NCBI GenBank assembly: GCA_017453485.1
Contig: JAFTEW010000042.1
Location: 1,331-65,330 of the forward strand
Origin: Alphaproteobacteria bacterium
GTDB taxonomy: Bacteria > Pseudomonadota > Alphaproteobacteria > CAAHEQ01 > UBA3637
DNA length: 64,000 nt
Reading direction: 5' to 3'
Below the pieces are notes generated by a model. That model was not told the origin of the DNA. It did no database searches and saw nothing but the letters and a program-made list of their open reading frames with translations. Position numbers and translations under genes: made by a program. Numbering within the stretch: the first letter of the stretch is position 1; every line of letters starts with the position of its first letter. Below are positions 7,669 to 17,774 of the stretch, piece by piece.

Positions 7669-10263
7669 CTAATATTTTCCCTCAAAAGCATCCAGGTAGA
7701 TTTGCTTGATATCACTCATTAACGGGTAAACCGGATTGGCACCGGTGCATTGGTCGTCGTAGGCCAGTCGTACCAATTTATCCAAATTGTCTTTAAAGGT
7801 CTTTTCATCAACACCCCACTCCCGAATAGATTTCGGAATACCGATAGCAGCCTTTAATTCAGCAACAGCTTTAATCAGCAATTCAACCCGCTCATCATCC
7901 GTTGAGTTTTCATTCCCCAAATATAGCGTATGGGCAATTTGGGCATAGCGTTTTTTGGCTTCCGGTGACATATATTGCGGGAAAGCCGCCTGCTTTTTCG
8001 GGCAATCCGTCGCGTTAAAGCGAATAATTTGACAAATCAACAAAGCATTGGCAATTCCATGCGGAATGTTATACATGGCTCCCAATTTATGTGCCATTGA
8101 GTGACACAGTCCCAAAAATGCATTTGCAAAGGCCATCCCCGCAATCGTTGCCGCATTATGCATTTTTTCGCGGGCCAGTGGATCGGCGGCACCGTCTTTA
8201 TATGACCGGGGCAAGTATCGGAAAATTTGTTTAATGGCTTCCAATGCCAATGAATTTGTGTAATTTGTTGCCATACAGGAAACATAGGCTTCCAGCGCAT
8301 GCACGAGTGCATCAATACCACCGGCCGCCGTCAGGCCCTTGGGCATACCATCCACAAAATTAGCATCAATAATGGCCATTTTCGGGGTCAAGGCGTAATC
8401 GGCAATCGCGTATTTCACATGGGTCGCATCATCCGTAATAATGGAAAACGGCGTGACTTCCGAACCGGTTCCCGATGTTGTCGGAATACAGACCAAATCC
8501 GCTTTTTTACCCAATTCCGGGATAGCACAAATCCGCTTTCTGATATCCATAAACCGCATGGAAATATCTTCAAAGTTCGTATCCGGTTGTTCATACATCA
8601 GCCAAATAATCTTACCGACATCCATGGGTGATCCGCCACCCAAAGCCACAATCAAATCCGGTTGATAGGTGTTCACCATTGTCAAAGCCTGTCTGGCCGT
8701 GGATAATGTCGGATCCGGCTTCACATCAAAGAAAATTTGATAGTCAATGTCCATTTCTTCAAACGTGTCCGTAATAGTGCGCACAGCACCACTGTCAAAC
8801 AAAAATCTGTCCGTAATAATGAACGCCCGTTTTTTGCCTTCAAATTCACGTAATGCCAAATCGGTGGAACCACGCTTAAAATAAATTTTCGGGGGAACTC
8901 TGAACCACAACATATTTTCTCTCCTTTCTGCAACCGTTTTATAATTTAATAGATGTTTCACACCAACATTTTCGCTGACGGAATTACCGCCCCAAGACCC
9001 GCATCCTAAGGTCAATGACGGTTCCAAACGGAAATTATATAAATCACCGATACCGCCTTGGGAAGCCGGACTGTTAATTAAGATACGTCCCGTTGGCATT
9101 TTTTGTGCATAAAAATCAATACGGTCCTGAACACGTTCATCCGTATAAAGAACCGAAGTATGACCCAATCCGCCCAATGCAATCAAGGCATAAGCGATAT
9201 CGGTTGCTTCCTCAAAATTCTTGGCATGATACATCGTCAAAATCGGGGACAATTTTTCATGGGCATACGGATTATCATTGCTATATGAAGTCTGCTCCAC
9301 CAATAAAATTTTAGTCTCTTCCGGAACCTTAAAACCGGCCAATTCAGCAATCTTATAAGCCGGCTGACCAACAATGGCGGCATTGACGCCCTTTGGCGTT
9401 AAGATAATCGCAGACAGTTTTTTTATTTCTTGTTTATTAAGCAGGTATGCCCCCCGATAAACAAATTCTTTTTTAACATCCTCATAAACACTGTCCACAA
9501 CAATGACAGATTGTTCGGAAGCACAAATCATCCCGTTATCAAAAGTTTTAGACATTAGGATAGAAGAAACCGCCATCCGAATATTGGCTGTTTCATCAAT
9601 AATAGCCGGAGTATTACCAGATCCGACCCCCAGCGCCGGTTTACCGCTGGAATAAGCAGCCTTAACCATTCCCGGGCCACCGGTTGCCAATATACCCTGA
9701 ATCTTCGGATGTGTCATCAAGGCATTTGACAATTCAATCGTCGGATCCTCAATCCAGCCGATAATGTCTTTCGGTGCACCGGCTTTGACTGCCGCATCCA
9801 ACACAACTTTTGCAGCCGCAATAGTCGATTTTTTTGCCCGCGGATGCGGTGAAAAAACGATACCGTTCCGTGTTTTTAAACAAATCAGCGATTTAAAAAT
9901 GGCCGTTGATGTCGGATTCGTTGTCGGAACAATGCCGGCCAAAACACCCAACGGGGCCGCCACAATTTTAATTCCGTTGGCCTTATCACGCTTAATAATA
10001 CCACAAGTTTTGACACCTTTATGTTTGTTATAAATATATTCCGAAGCAAAATGGTTTTTGATGATTTTATCTTCCAAAACGCCCATACCGGTTTCTTGAA
10101 CCGCCAATTCTGCCAAATCAATTCGCATCTTATTGGCTGCCGTTGCCGCTGCTTTGAAAATAGCATCTACTTTTTCTTCGGAATATGTTGCAAACTGATT
10201 TTGCGCCACATGGACCCGATCCAAAAGTTTATCTAAATCCGCTATTGTTTTCACACCGCTCAT
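7669..10263 (-). CDS. adhE: bifunctional acetaldehyde-CoA/alcohol dehydrogenase
   Basis: 864 aa with an N-terminal aldehyde dehydrogenase domain and a C-terminal Fe-ADH domain (GGGSPMD, histidine-rich HALEAY...HSMAHKLG). Full-length AdhE architecture. Confidence 0.95.
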   Translation of the reverse strand: MSGVKTIADLDKLLDRVHVAQNQFATYSEEKVDAIFKAAATAANKMRIDLAELAVQETGMGVLEDKIIKNHFASEYIYNKHKGVKTCGIIKRDKANGIKIVAAPLGVLAGIVPTTNPTSTAIFKSLICLKTRNGIVFSPHPRAKKSTIAAAKVVLDAAVKAGAPKDIIGWIEDPTIELSNALMTHPKIQGILATGGPGMVKAAYSSGKPALGVGSGNTPAIIDETANIRMAVSSILMSKTFDNGMICASEQSVIVVDSVYEDVKKEFVYRGAYLLNKQEIKKLSAIILTPKGVNAAIVGQPAYKIAELAGFKVPEETKILLVEQTSYSNDNPYAHEKLSPILTMYHAKNFEEATDIAYALIALGGLGHTSVLYTDERVQDRIDFYAQKMPTGRILINSPASQGGIGDLYNFRLEPSLTLGCGSWGGNSVSENVGVKHLLNYKTVAERRENMLWFRVPPKIYFKRGSTDLALREFEGKKRAFIITDRFLFDSGAVRTITDTFEEMDIDYQIFFDVKPDPTLSTARQALTMVNTYQPDLIVALGGGSPMDVGKIIWLMYEQPDTNFEDISMRFMDIRKRICAIPELGKKADLVCIPTTSGTGSEVTPFSIITDDATHVKYAIADYALTPKMAIIDANFVDGMPKGLTAAGGIDALVHALEAYVSCMATNYTNSLALEAIKQIFRYLPRSYKDGAADPLAREKMHNAATIAGMAFANAFLGLCHSMAHKLGAMYNIPHGIANALLICQIIRFNATDCPKKQAAFPQYMSPEAKKRYAQIAHTLYLGNENSTDDERVELLIKAVAELKAAIGIPKSIREWGVDEKTFKDNLDKLVRLAYDDQCTGANPVYPLMSDIKQIYLDAFEGKY

Positions 10264-10498
10264 TCTAAATTTTCCTTTCTGTTTCTGATAATTAACTTTT
10301 ATTTTCGTAACCTGTCTTAAATCACTTTTAAAGCATTTAGGCCAATATCACCGACACCGCAACTATCCGAATATATTGTCCTGATTATTCTTTATTTTAT
10401 GTTGACAACCGTATCCTCCAATACGGGTTTATGATTTTTTTCCACACATCATGCACACTGTCCGTTTCAATATTGATAACTGTCATTTTATTTTCTTA

Positions 10499-10516
10499 TT
10501 GTGATTTTTTTCACAT
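10499..10516. promoter_or_regulatory. candidate Rex operator
   Basis: TTGTGA-TTTTTT-TCACAT differs from the Rex box consensus TTGTGA-N6-TCACAA by one mismatch. It abuts and overlaps the -10 element of the adhE promoter. Confidence 0.6.
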
Positions 10517-10543
10517 AATACTGACAAAAAACGGCATTGTCAA
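10515..10543 (-). promoter_or_regulatory. sigma70-like promoter of the adhE-rex operon
   Basis: On the minus strand: TTGACA (10543..10538), 17 nt, TATTAT (10520..10515). This implies a ~245-nt 5' UTR. Confidence 0.55.
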
Positions 10544-10603
10544 GACAAAAACAGAATAAATTTCAGACATAAAGCAGATAACGGCACATAGACTTAAATC
10601 AGG

Positions 10604-11215
10604 CTATTCAACCGTATTCCGCCGTATCTCTTTCAATTTTTCGATACAGGCCGCCACATTATCAAACGGCAGTTTTGCAATTTCTTCGTCCGGCAAATTC
10701 CACCATTTCAGATCCAATAATTGCTCAATGATTTCCGGGGGAAAACGATATCGAATAACCCGCGCCGGCACACCACCCACGATGGCGTAAGGCGGCACAT
10801 CCTTTGTCACGACAGCATTGGAACCAACAACGGCACCATCTCCAATGGTCACTCCGTCTTGAACAATGACATCCGTTCCTATCCAAACATCATTACCGAT
10901 CAAAACGGGGCGTGCCCGCAAAAAAGGATAGACCCGTTGCTCAGAGGATATTTTTAATTCGGGCTCATACTGAAAAGAATTGGATGAAAGCCAATTTGTC
11001 GGGTGCTGACCGGGCCCCAAATCCACATTCGCCCCGATAGAGCAGAAATGACCGATTTTTGTTTCAACACTTTCACATCGGAAATTCGGACCGATATAGG
11101 AATGACGTCCCAGGGAAATCGATTCTTTTTTTAAACAAAACTTAAATCCACAGATACGGACAATCGTATATCCGACTTTCTGTTTTTTTGAATACAATTC
11201 TCGCAATAATGACAT
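10604..11215 (-). CDS. hexapeptide-repeat (LbH) acetyltransferase, CatB/Vat-like
   Basis: Left-handed beta-helix repeats ([31 protein letters not shown]) and [19 protein letters not shown] chose the start at MSLLRELY (11215) with an upstream GAAGGAAG. The ORF track allows 11275. Confidence 0.7.
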   Translation of the reverse strand: MSLLRELYSKKQKVGYTIVRICGFKFCLKKESISLGRHSYIGPNFRCESVETKIGHFCSIGANVDLGPGQHPTNWLSSNSFQYEPELKISSEQRVYPFLRARPVLIGNDVWIGTDVIVQDGVTIGDGAVVGSNAVVTKDVPPYAIVGGVPARVIRYRFPPEIIEQLLDLKWWNLPDEEIAKLPFDNVAACIEKLKEIRRNTVE

Positions 11216-11348
11216 ATAACTTCCTTCTTTTCCACACGACATAAGGCAATTCGGATAATTATACACAATGAACACACAAATGCAAATTATCCTTCAAAAG
11301 GATTTTCCGTTTTCCCCAAAAAGCAAACAATTAATATCAGGGATAATT

Positions 11349-11433
11349 TGGTGCGGTTAAGAAGACTCGAACTTCCACGGGTTGCCCCACAAGCACCTCA
11401 AGCTTGAGCGTCTACCAATTCCGCCATAACCGC
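11349..11433 (-). tRNA. tRNA-Leu (anticodon GAG), CCA encoded
   Basis: The reverse complement folds as follows. Acceptor GCGGTTA/TAACCGC, anticodon stem CAAGC/GCTTG with loop TTGAGGT, long variable arm, T-arm GGAAG-TTCGAGT-CTTCT, then A plus CCA. Confidence 0.9.
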
Positions 11434-11445
11434 AAGAGCGGACGG

Positions 11446-11474
11446 ATTATAGCAAATTTTTTTGTATTTTGCAA
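11446..11474 (-). promoter_or_regulatory. sigma70-like promoter for tRNA-Leu
   Basis: Minus strand: TTGCAA, 17 nt, TATAAT. The -10 element ends 12 nt before the tRNA 5' end. Confidence 0.5.
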
Positions 11475-11537
11475 CCCGTTTTTAAATGTTTTATGCTCTG
11501 GTGATTATTATCTGCGACAACTATGCCAAAATTAACG

Positions 11538-11568
11538 CAAAAGAAAACACCGCCGAAATGGCGGTGTT
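11538..11568 (-). terminator. intrinsic terminator after rplS
   Basis: 9-bp stem AACACCGCC/GGCGGTGTT with a 5-nt loop. A T-rich run follows on the minus strand. Confidence 0.55.
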
Positions 11569-11582
11569 CCCCGATAAAAAGC

Positions 11583-11960
11583 TTATTCTTCGGTTTCAGC
11601 CGGCATATTATCTTTATCTTCGGTAATACGGGCTTTTTTGCCGAACAGATTCCGCAGGTAGTACAATTTGCTCCGACGGACTTTACCTTTACGCATCACT
11701 TCAATAGAAGCGACATTCGGAGAATACAGCGGGAATACACGTTCCACACCTTCACCGAAAGAAATTTTACGCACTGTGAAAGACGAATTTACCCCATTGT
11801 TGGAACGGGCAATGCACACACCTTCATAAGCCTGTAAACGTTCGCCTTTATCTTCCACAATTTTATACATGACCTTAACGGTATCACCGGCCTTAAATTC
11901 CGGGATTTTTTTATTCAGTTTGGCCATTTGTTCTTTTTCTAATTCTTGAATAATATCCAT
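11583..11960 (-). CDS. rplS: 50S ribosomal protein L19
   Basis: 125 aa. The motif [12 protein letters not shown]...[11 protein letters not shown] is canonical L19. Confidence 0.95.
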   Translation of the reverse strand: MDIIQELEKEQMAKLNKKIPEFKAGDTVKVMYKIVEDKGERLQAYEGVCIARSNNGVNSSFTVRKISFGEGVERVFPLYSPNVASIEVMRKGKVRRSKLYYLRNLFGKKARITEDKDNMPAETEE

Positions 11961-11974
11961 TTTGTTTTCCTTTC

Positions 11975-12664
11975 TTATTGTTGATTTGCCAGATATTTAG
12001 TCCACAAGTCTGGTCTTCTTGTTTTGGTTAAAATTCGGGATTGCTCCAAACGCCATTGGCGAATATTGGCATGATGCCCTGATGTCAAGACCTCAGGCAC
12101 CGTCATTCCCTGCCAATCTTGCGGCTTAGTATATTGGGGATATTCCAATAAACCATCCGTAAAACTTTCCTCAGCAGCCGATTCGGCATTTCCCATAACC
12201 GACGGGATCAACCTTATCATTGCATCCAGCATAGTTATCAGGGCCGGTTCCCCACCCGACAAGATAAAGTCACCGATACTGATTTCCTGAATGTGCCATT
12301 TTTCCAATACACGTTCGTCAACGCCTTCAAACCGTCCGCAAAGGAATGTCATCTCTTGATTATCCGTCGCCCAAGTTTTGGCTGTATCCTGATTGAACAC
12401 ATAACCGCGCGGGGACAAATAATACAGGGGACCTTTTGTATATGTAGCCATCAGAGCCGCATCGACAATATCCGGTTTCATAACCATCCCGGCGCCACCC
12501 CCAAAGGGCGTATCATCAACAGATTTATAATGGTCTGTTGCAAAATCACGAATATTGACGATATTCAAAACCACTTTACCGTCAGCCAATGCTTTACCGG
12601 CCAGGGAATATCCCAAAGAACCCGGGAACATTTCCGGATAGAGCGTCAAGATGTTAATCTTCAT
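11975..12664 (-). CDS. trmD: tRNA (guanine37-N1)-methyltransferase
   Basis: [15 protein letters not shown]... and LSPRG / [10 protein letters not shown] motifs. The start at 12664 overlaps the rimM end. The ORF-track extension to 12751 lies inside rimM. Confidence 0.9.
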   Translation of the reverse strand: MKINILTLYPEMFPGSLGYSLAGKALADGKVVLNIVNIRDFATDHYKSVDDTPFGGGAGMVMKPDIVDAALMATYTKGPLYYLSPRGYVFNQDTAKTWATDNQEMTFLCGRFEGVDERVLEKWHIQEISIGDFILSGGEPALITMLDAMIRLIPSVMGNAESAAEESFTDGLLEYPQYTKPQDWQGMTVPEVLTSGHHANIRQWRLEQSRILTKTRRPDLWTKYLANQQ

Positions 12665-13160
12665 GCGTGACCTCCATCCCATCCGGCACAACGATATCCA
12701 TCTCATGTGCGGATACATCAACCCGGGGGAAAGTTGCCTTTGAAAAATCAAAAGTAAATACCCGCCCCTTTACGGTTTTAATATCCAAGACATCACCGGC
12801 ACCATAGTTTTGAACCGACAACACCGTTCCAAACGGCTTTCCGTTTTCCAAAACCTTCATCCCAACTAAATCACAATAATAAAATCCGTCTTTTTGCGGC
12901 GGCAATTGATCACGATTAATGTAGAGATTCAGGCCTTTTATCTGTTCGGCCGTCGTCCGATCGGTAATTCCCTTAATTGAAGCCAGCACAAAATCACCTT
13001 TCCGGCTTTGAACAGTGACTTCAAATATTTGATGACCATCCTTGTCCGATAACGGGCCAAATCGGCCGATATCCGCCGGATCAGATAAATACGGGCGAAT
13101 TTTAACAGCCCCCTTTATTCCGTGGACATTGACAATTTGACCGATACAGACTTTGGACAT
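12654..13160 (-). CDS. rimM: 16S rRNA processing protein RimM
   Basis: 168 aa. It has IGQIVNVHGIKGAVKIRPY (PRC barrel/RimM N-terminus) and lies in the conserved rpsP-rimM-trmD-rplS order. Confidence 0.85.
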   Translation of the reverse strand: MSKVCIGQIVNVHGIKGAVKIRPYLSDPADIGRFGPLSDKDGHQIFEVTVQSRKGDFVLASIKGITDRTTAEQIKGLNLYINRDQLPPQKDGFYYCDLVGMKVLENGKPFGTVLSVQNYGAGDVLDIKTVKGRVFTFDFSKATFPRVDVSAHEMDIVVPDGMEVTHED

Positions 13161-13176
13161 ATCAGGCTATCCTTTC

Positions 13177-13599
13177 CTATTCGGCAGAAGCCAGCGTTTC
13201 GGCCGGTGCGGCAGCCGCAGCGGCTTCGGCTTCAGCAGCCTTACGAGCTTCCTCGGCAGCGGCAGCTTTTTCGGCAGCTTCTTTCATCCGTTCCTGAGCC
13301 TTAGCTTTCGGAGCAGATTTCTTCGGTGTTTCCCGAATGGCCGGCGCATCACAGATACCGACACGAGCAAATAATTTTTGCACTTTTTCAGTCGGTTGAG
13401 CCCCATTGGATAACCACTTTTTAGCGGCTTCTACATCCACACGCAGTGATTCGGCATGATCCTTCGGAAGCAACGGATTATAAAAGCCGATGGCTTCAAT
13501 AAACCGACCGTCGCGAGAAAACCGTTGGTCTGCGACAACAATTTTGTGAAACGGACGCTTTTTGGCACCGCCACGACTTAAACGAATACGAACTGACAT
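13177..13599 (-). CDS. rpsP: 30S ribosomal protein S16 with an Ala/Lys/Glu-rich C-terminal extension
   Basis: [42 protein letters not shown] is canonical S16. A ~55-aa low-complexity tail follows. Confidence 0.9.
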   Translation of the reverse strand: MSVRIRLSRGGAKKRPFHKIVVADQRFSRDGRFIEAIGFYNPLLPKDHAESLRVDVEAAKKWLSNGAQPTEKVQKLFARVGICDAPAIRETPKKSAPKAKAQERMKEAAEKAAAAEEARKAAEAEAAAAAAPAETLASAE

Positions 13600-13634
13600 A
13601 TTTTATTTTTTCCTTTCTTTTCTGTTAGTTCAGG

Positions 13635-15023
13635 TTAAAACGGAGGGAACCCTCCGCCATTCATAAACGGGTTATTACCCCCCAAGGCACCACCCATCTT
13701 TTTCATCAAAGACATCATACCCAAGGGCCCCATTTTTTTGAATTTCTTCATGACTTCCGCCATTTGTTCATATTGTTTCAATAATCGATTAACATCGTTT
13801 ACCGAAACACCGGCACCATTGGCAATCCGCTGTTTGCGGGCAGCCTTTAACACATCGGGATTCCGACGTTCATACGGTGTCATCGACAAGATAATGGCCT
13901 CTTGCCGTTTAATAATTTTATTATCAATATTGGCTGAATCTATTTGGGCGGAAAATTTACTGAAACCCGGAATCATTTTCATGACGCCCTTAATATCCCC
14001 CATATTATTGATTTGACGCATTTGGGACAGCAAATCATTCAAATCAAATCGACCGGACATCATCCGTTCGGCCACACGACTGGCTTCTTCTTGATTCACT
14101 TTTTCAATGGCCGTTTCAACCAAACCAACCACATCACCCATCCCCAATATGCGACCGGCGATGCGCTTGGCATCAAACAACTCCAAAGCATCGTTTTTTT
14201 CCCCGACGCCTAAAAATTGGACAGGCACCCCCGTGACAGCCCGCATAGATAAGGCTGCTCCACCCCGAGAATCTCCGTCAATTCGGGTCAAAATCGTTCC
14301 TGTGACCCCGATTTTATCCTTAAAAGCCTGTGCAATTTGAACAGCATCCTGCCCCATCAGCGCATCGGCAACCAATAAAATTTCGACCGGCTTTGTCAAA
14401 TCCCGAATCGTGGCCACTTCTGTCATCATGGTTTCATCAATATGGAGCCGCCCTGCCGTATCCAAAATCAGCACATCCGCCAGAGTCTCTTTTGCTTCTT
14501 TTAACGCCCGTTTGGTAATTTGTATCGGATTTTCATTCATCACAATCGGTAAAACCGTCAATCCGTTAGCCGATCCCAATTCGGATAATTGTTCTTGGGC
14601 CGCCGGCCGATAAGTATCAAGACTGGCCAACAACACTTTTTTACCTTCTTTTTGCAGGCGTTTAGCCAACTTGGCCGAGGATGTCGTTTTACCAGATCCC
14701 TGTAATCCCACCATCAAAATCACATTTTGATGATGCGGGACCAGGGCCAAAGGTTTGGATTCCCCCAACAACTCAACCAAAGCATCATTGACGATTTTGA
14801 CAACCATTTGTGCCGGAGAGACCGATTTGATAATCTGTTCCCCGATGGCTTTTTCACGAACGGAAGAAATAAAATTTTTAATAATGGGGAGTGCTACATC
14901 CGCTTCAATTAAGGCAATTTTGATTTCCCGCATTGTTTCATCAACGGCGGCTTCGGTTAAAATACCCCGACGGGTTAACCTATCAAAAACGGCATTCAAT
15001 TTGTCGGCCAAGCCTGCGAACAT
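13635..15023 (-). CDS. ffh: signal recognition particle protein Ffh
   Basis: 462 aa with the GLQGSGKTT P-loop, DTAGRL, and a Met-rich M domain at the C-terminus. Confidence 0.95.
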   Translation of the reverse strand: MFAGLADKLNAVFDRLTRRGILTEAAVDETMREIKIALIEADVALPIIKNFISSVREKAIGEQIIKSVSPAQMVVKIVNDALVELLGESKPLALVPHHQNVILMVGLQGSGKTTSSAKLAKRLQKEGKKVLLASLDTYRPAAQEQLSELGSANGLTVLPIVMNENPIQITKRALKEAKETLADVLILDTAGRLHIDETMMTEVATIRDLTKPVEILLVADALMGQDAVQIAQAFKDKIGVTGTILTRIDGDSRGGAALSMRAVTGVPVQFLGVGEKNDALELFDAKRIAGRILGMGDVVGLVETAIEKVNQEEASRVAERMMSGRFDLNDLLSQMRQINNMGDIKGVMKMIPGFSKFSAQIDSANIDNKIIKRQEAIILSMTPYERRNPDVLKAARKQRIANGAGVSVNDVNRLLKQYEQMAEVMKKFKKMGPLGMMSLMKKMGGALGGNNPFMNGGGFPPF

Positions 15024-15320
15024 CTTTTTTCCTCATCAAAGCCCAAATAAACTAATTGCACCAATGGATGCACCCGCACCGATTGATGTATCTCCGTAGA
15101 GACTAAAAAAAATTAGTCATATTGGAAACAGCGAGTATTATAATTGATTTAGAATGCTTTGTCAAGCGTTATTTACATTTTTGAAAATATTCTCTAAAAA
15201 AAGAGAATACATCATTAAATAAGTGTTTACAAAAATAAAAAAGTGTGTTTAACTGAAAGTTAGGGAGTATGAAATCGGGGATACCCTGTCACCCATATTA
15301 TTATTCAAGGAGAAAAAAAC

Positions 15321-16610
15321 ATGAAATTCAAATACGCATTATTGGTCGCTACCATGCTGACGCTGCCCACAACCGTCTGGGCCGTCACCGGAAAAACGGA
15401 GACACAATCCTGGGCCGCCTTAACACACGATACAAACGTCAGCGGCGGAGATGATTCCGTTGTCGTTTGTACGGGGGACGGTAATTGCCAGGGATACGCT
15501 AAACTAATCAAAGATGCGTATGGCGATACAAATGAAATCGGGGAAGTGGAAGCAGCAAAAAATAATAGGGCAAATAAAATAGCAAAGGCAAAAGCAGATC
15601 AGAATGCCGCTATTCGTCAGGCTCGGAAAGAACAAAAAGAAACAGAGGCCGCCGCCAAGAAACAACGCCAAGAGGCTGAAAAACAAGCCAAAGCAGAAGC
15701 AGATGCTGCTAAAAAGGTCGCCGCGGAAGAAAAAAATGCCGCTATCAAAGCCGCAAACGAGGAATTACAATCAGCCAAAGATGAAGCTCAGGCTCAAAAA
15801 GCGGCCGCCATCGCCCAAGCCAACGAGAAATATGAACAGGCAAAAGAAGCCGCGCAAGAGAAATTGAATACCCAAATTGATCAGGCAAATAGTGATTATG
15901 CGGCTCGTGCTCAAGAGATTGAAAAAAATAAAGAAAGTGCCTTAGCAGATGCAGAAGCCAAACGAGACATTTCAATGGCAGCCGCCGATGCGTTAGAATT
16001 GGCTGGAAATCCGGAAGCAGCTGCTCAAATGCGGGCCCAGGCAGAACGGGATTATAACAATGACGTAAAAGCGGCAAACCAATTAGCCAAAGCAGAAACA
16101 GCGGCCGCAGCACGGGATGCAAAAGATGCTATCTCAGCCGCCAAAGCAGAAGCCAAGGACACAATTGCTGCTGCATCCAGAGAGGCAAAAAGTGAAATTG
16201 ATGCCGCCCGTGCAACGGCAAATGCCGAAATTGCCGCCGCAAATGATACTGCTGCCGCAAAAATTACGGAAGCGCAGGAAGCTGCAAATAAAAAAATCTT
16301 TGATGCAACTTCTGCGGCGGATACCAAAATCGCAGATGCTAAAAAAGCGGAAGAACAAAGGGCTATGGATGCCGTAGATAAAGCCGATCGGATAGTTGCG
16401 ACCGCCGAAAACAAGAGGGATGAAGATTGGATTAAGGCTGGTAAGGAAGGTGATGATGCTGTCTTTCATGCCACTTTTAATGAATGGTGGAACCAAAAAG
16501 AGGCCGCCAAGAAAAAAGCGACAGCAGACGGCAAAGAATGGACAGAATCTGATGATGTTGCCTGGGAAGCCAAGTTCAAGGAACAACGAAAGAAAAACTT
16601 AGGATACTAA
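15321..16610 (+). CDS. secreted Ala/Lys/Glu-rich coiled-coil protein, function unknown
   Basis: 429 aa with signal peptide MKFKYALLVATMLTLPTTVWA and ~330 aa of A/K/E/Q low-complexity helix. The Trp-rich C-terminal end is WIKAGKEG...EWWNQKE...VAWEAKF. RBS aaggagaaaaaaac ATG. Confidence 0.65.
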   Translation: MKFKYALLVATMLTLPTTVWAVTGKTETQSWAALTHDTNVSGGDDSVVVCTGDGNCQGYAKLIKDAYGDTNEIGEVEAAKNNRANKIAKAKADQNAAIRQARKEQKETEAAAKKQRQEAEKQAKAEADAAKKVAAEEKNAAIKAANEELQSAKDEAQAQKAAAIAQANEKYEQAKEAAQEKLNTQIDQANSDYAARAQEIEKNKESALADAEAKRDISMAAADALELAGNPEAAAQMRAQAERDYNNDVKAANQLAKAETAAAARDAKDAISAAKAEAKDTIAAASREAKSEIDAARATANAEIAAANDTAAAKITEAQEAANKKIFDATSAADTKIADAKKAEEQRAMDAVDKADRIVATAENKRDEDWIKAGKEGDDAVFHATFNEWWNQKEAAKKKATADGKEWTESDDVAWEAKFKEQRKKNLGY

Positions 16611-16663
16611 AACAGAAGCAAAAAAGCAAATGACAACGGAAAATTGAGTAATCCGTTCTCATC

Positions 16664-16699
16664 TCCCCCCTTGTTCGGAACGGGCAAGGGGATCTTTTT
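16664..16699 (+). terminator. intrinsic terminator
   Basis: Stem CCCCTTG/CAAGGGG followed by ATCTTTTTT. Confidence 0.6.
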
Positions 16700-16765
16700 T
16701 ATTAACCATTTTATTATTGCCAACAGCAACATCAAAATCAGAGATGGTTTATGACAAGAAAATAC

Positions 16766-16794
16766 TTGACTTTTGAAATAAAATCGTGTATATA
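16766..16794 (+). promoter_or_regulatory. sigma70-like promoter of rpsB-tsf
   Basis: TTGACT, 17 nt, TATATA. It leaves a ~150-nt leader before rpsB. Confidence 0.55.
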
Positions 16795-16950
16795 GGTTCC
16801 GTCATTCCATCAGGGATGGCGTAGTTCACATGCGGGGAAAGCGCTTATCACGGGGAAAAATCCCGGGAAAACAACGCTTCCGGTGTTGGTGAAGGTTCAT
16901 CAATGCTCTGCCCCGCAGACGTTATAACCGGAAAAAGAAAGGATAAAAAA

Positions 16951-17715
16951 ATGACTCTTCCGACTATTTCTATGCGTCAATTGATTGAGGCCGGTGTTCA
17001 TTTTGGACACAATGCCAGACGTTGGAACCCGAAAATGGGGCAATATATTTATGGCACACGTGAAGGAGTTCACGTTATGGATTTGACTCAAACCGTTCCG
17101 ATGATGTATCGGGCATTAGAAGCCATCCGTGACGTAGCTGCCAAGGGTGGAAAAGTTTTGTTCGTCGGAACAAAACCGCAGGCTCAGGAAGCCGTAGAAG
17201 CTGCTGCCAAACGGTGCGGACAATTTTATGTCAACCATCGTTGGTTGGGTGGTATGCTGACCAACTGGAAAACTATTTCTTCCAGCATTAAACGTTTGAA
17301 AGAAATCGATTCCAAAATCGAAAAAGGCGAATTGAACGGTTTCACCAAGAAAGAAAAACTGAACATGGAACGTGAACGTGAAAAACTGTTTGCCTCTCTG
17401 GGCGGTATCCAAGATATGAACGGTCGCCCGGACATTATCTTTGTGATTGACGTTCCCAAGGAAGAATTAGCCATCGCAGAAGCCAAAAAATTGGGAATCC
17501 CGGTTGTGGCTATTTGCGATTCAAATGCCAATCCGGACGGAATTACCTATCCGATTCCGGGAAATGATGATGCTTTACGGGCAATTAACCTGTATTGCGA
17601 CCTCGTTTCCGGTGCTGTTCTGGATGGCATTCAGGCCGAATTAAAGGCGGCCGGTGTTGATGTCGGTGCTGCAGCGGAAGTTGCTGCCGAAGTCTCAGAG
17701 GTCAAAGCCGAATAA
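16951..17715 (+). CDS. rpsB: 30S ribosomal protein S2
   Basis: [20 protein letters not shown]... is canonical S2. I chose the start at 16951, preceded by AAAGGA; the ORF-track start is 16903. Confidence 0.95.
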   Translation: MTLPTISMRQLIEAGVHFGHNARRWNPKMGQYIYGTREGVHVMDLTQTVPMMYRALEAIRDVAAKGGKVLFVGTKPQAQEAVEAAAKRCGQFYVNHRWLGGMLTNWKTISSSIKRLKEIDSKIEKGELNGFTKKEKLNMEREREKLFASLGGIQDMNGRPDIIFVIDVPKEELAIAEAKKLGIPVVAICDSNANPDGITYPIPGNDDALRAINLYCDLVSGAVLDGIQAELKAAGVDVGAAAEVAAEVSEVKAE

Positions 17716-17774
17716 TGAAAAACGGGGTGGAGAGCGCTTTTTCACCCCGTCAATCATGTTTTAGGGAGGTTGTA

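Noticed and set aside
15188-15209. A perfect 8-bp inverted repeat TATTCTCT-N6-AGAGAATA lies upstream of the secreted coiled-coil gene.
   Set aside because: It could be an operator, but it has no T-tract, matches no regulator consensus I can name, and occurs only once. The support is insufficient to call a feature.
15745-16586. Multiple long ORFs on both strands lie inside the Ala/Lys/Glu-rich gene (for example 16134..16586 minus, 16052..16414 minus).
   Set aside because: They are artefacts of low-complexity GC-skewed codon repeats. Only the plus-strand frame has a signal peptide, an RBS and a terminator.
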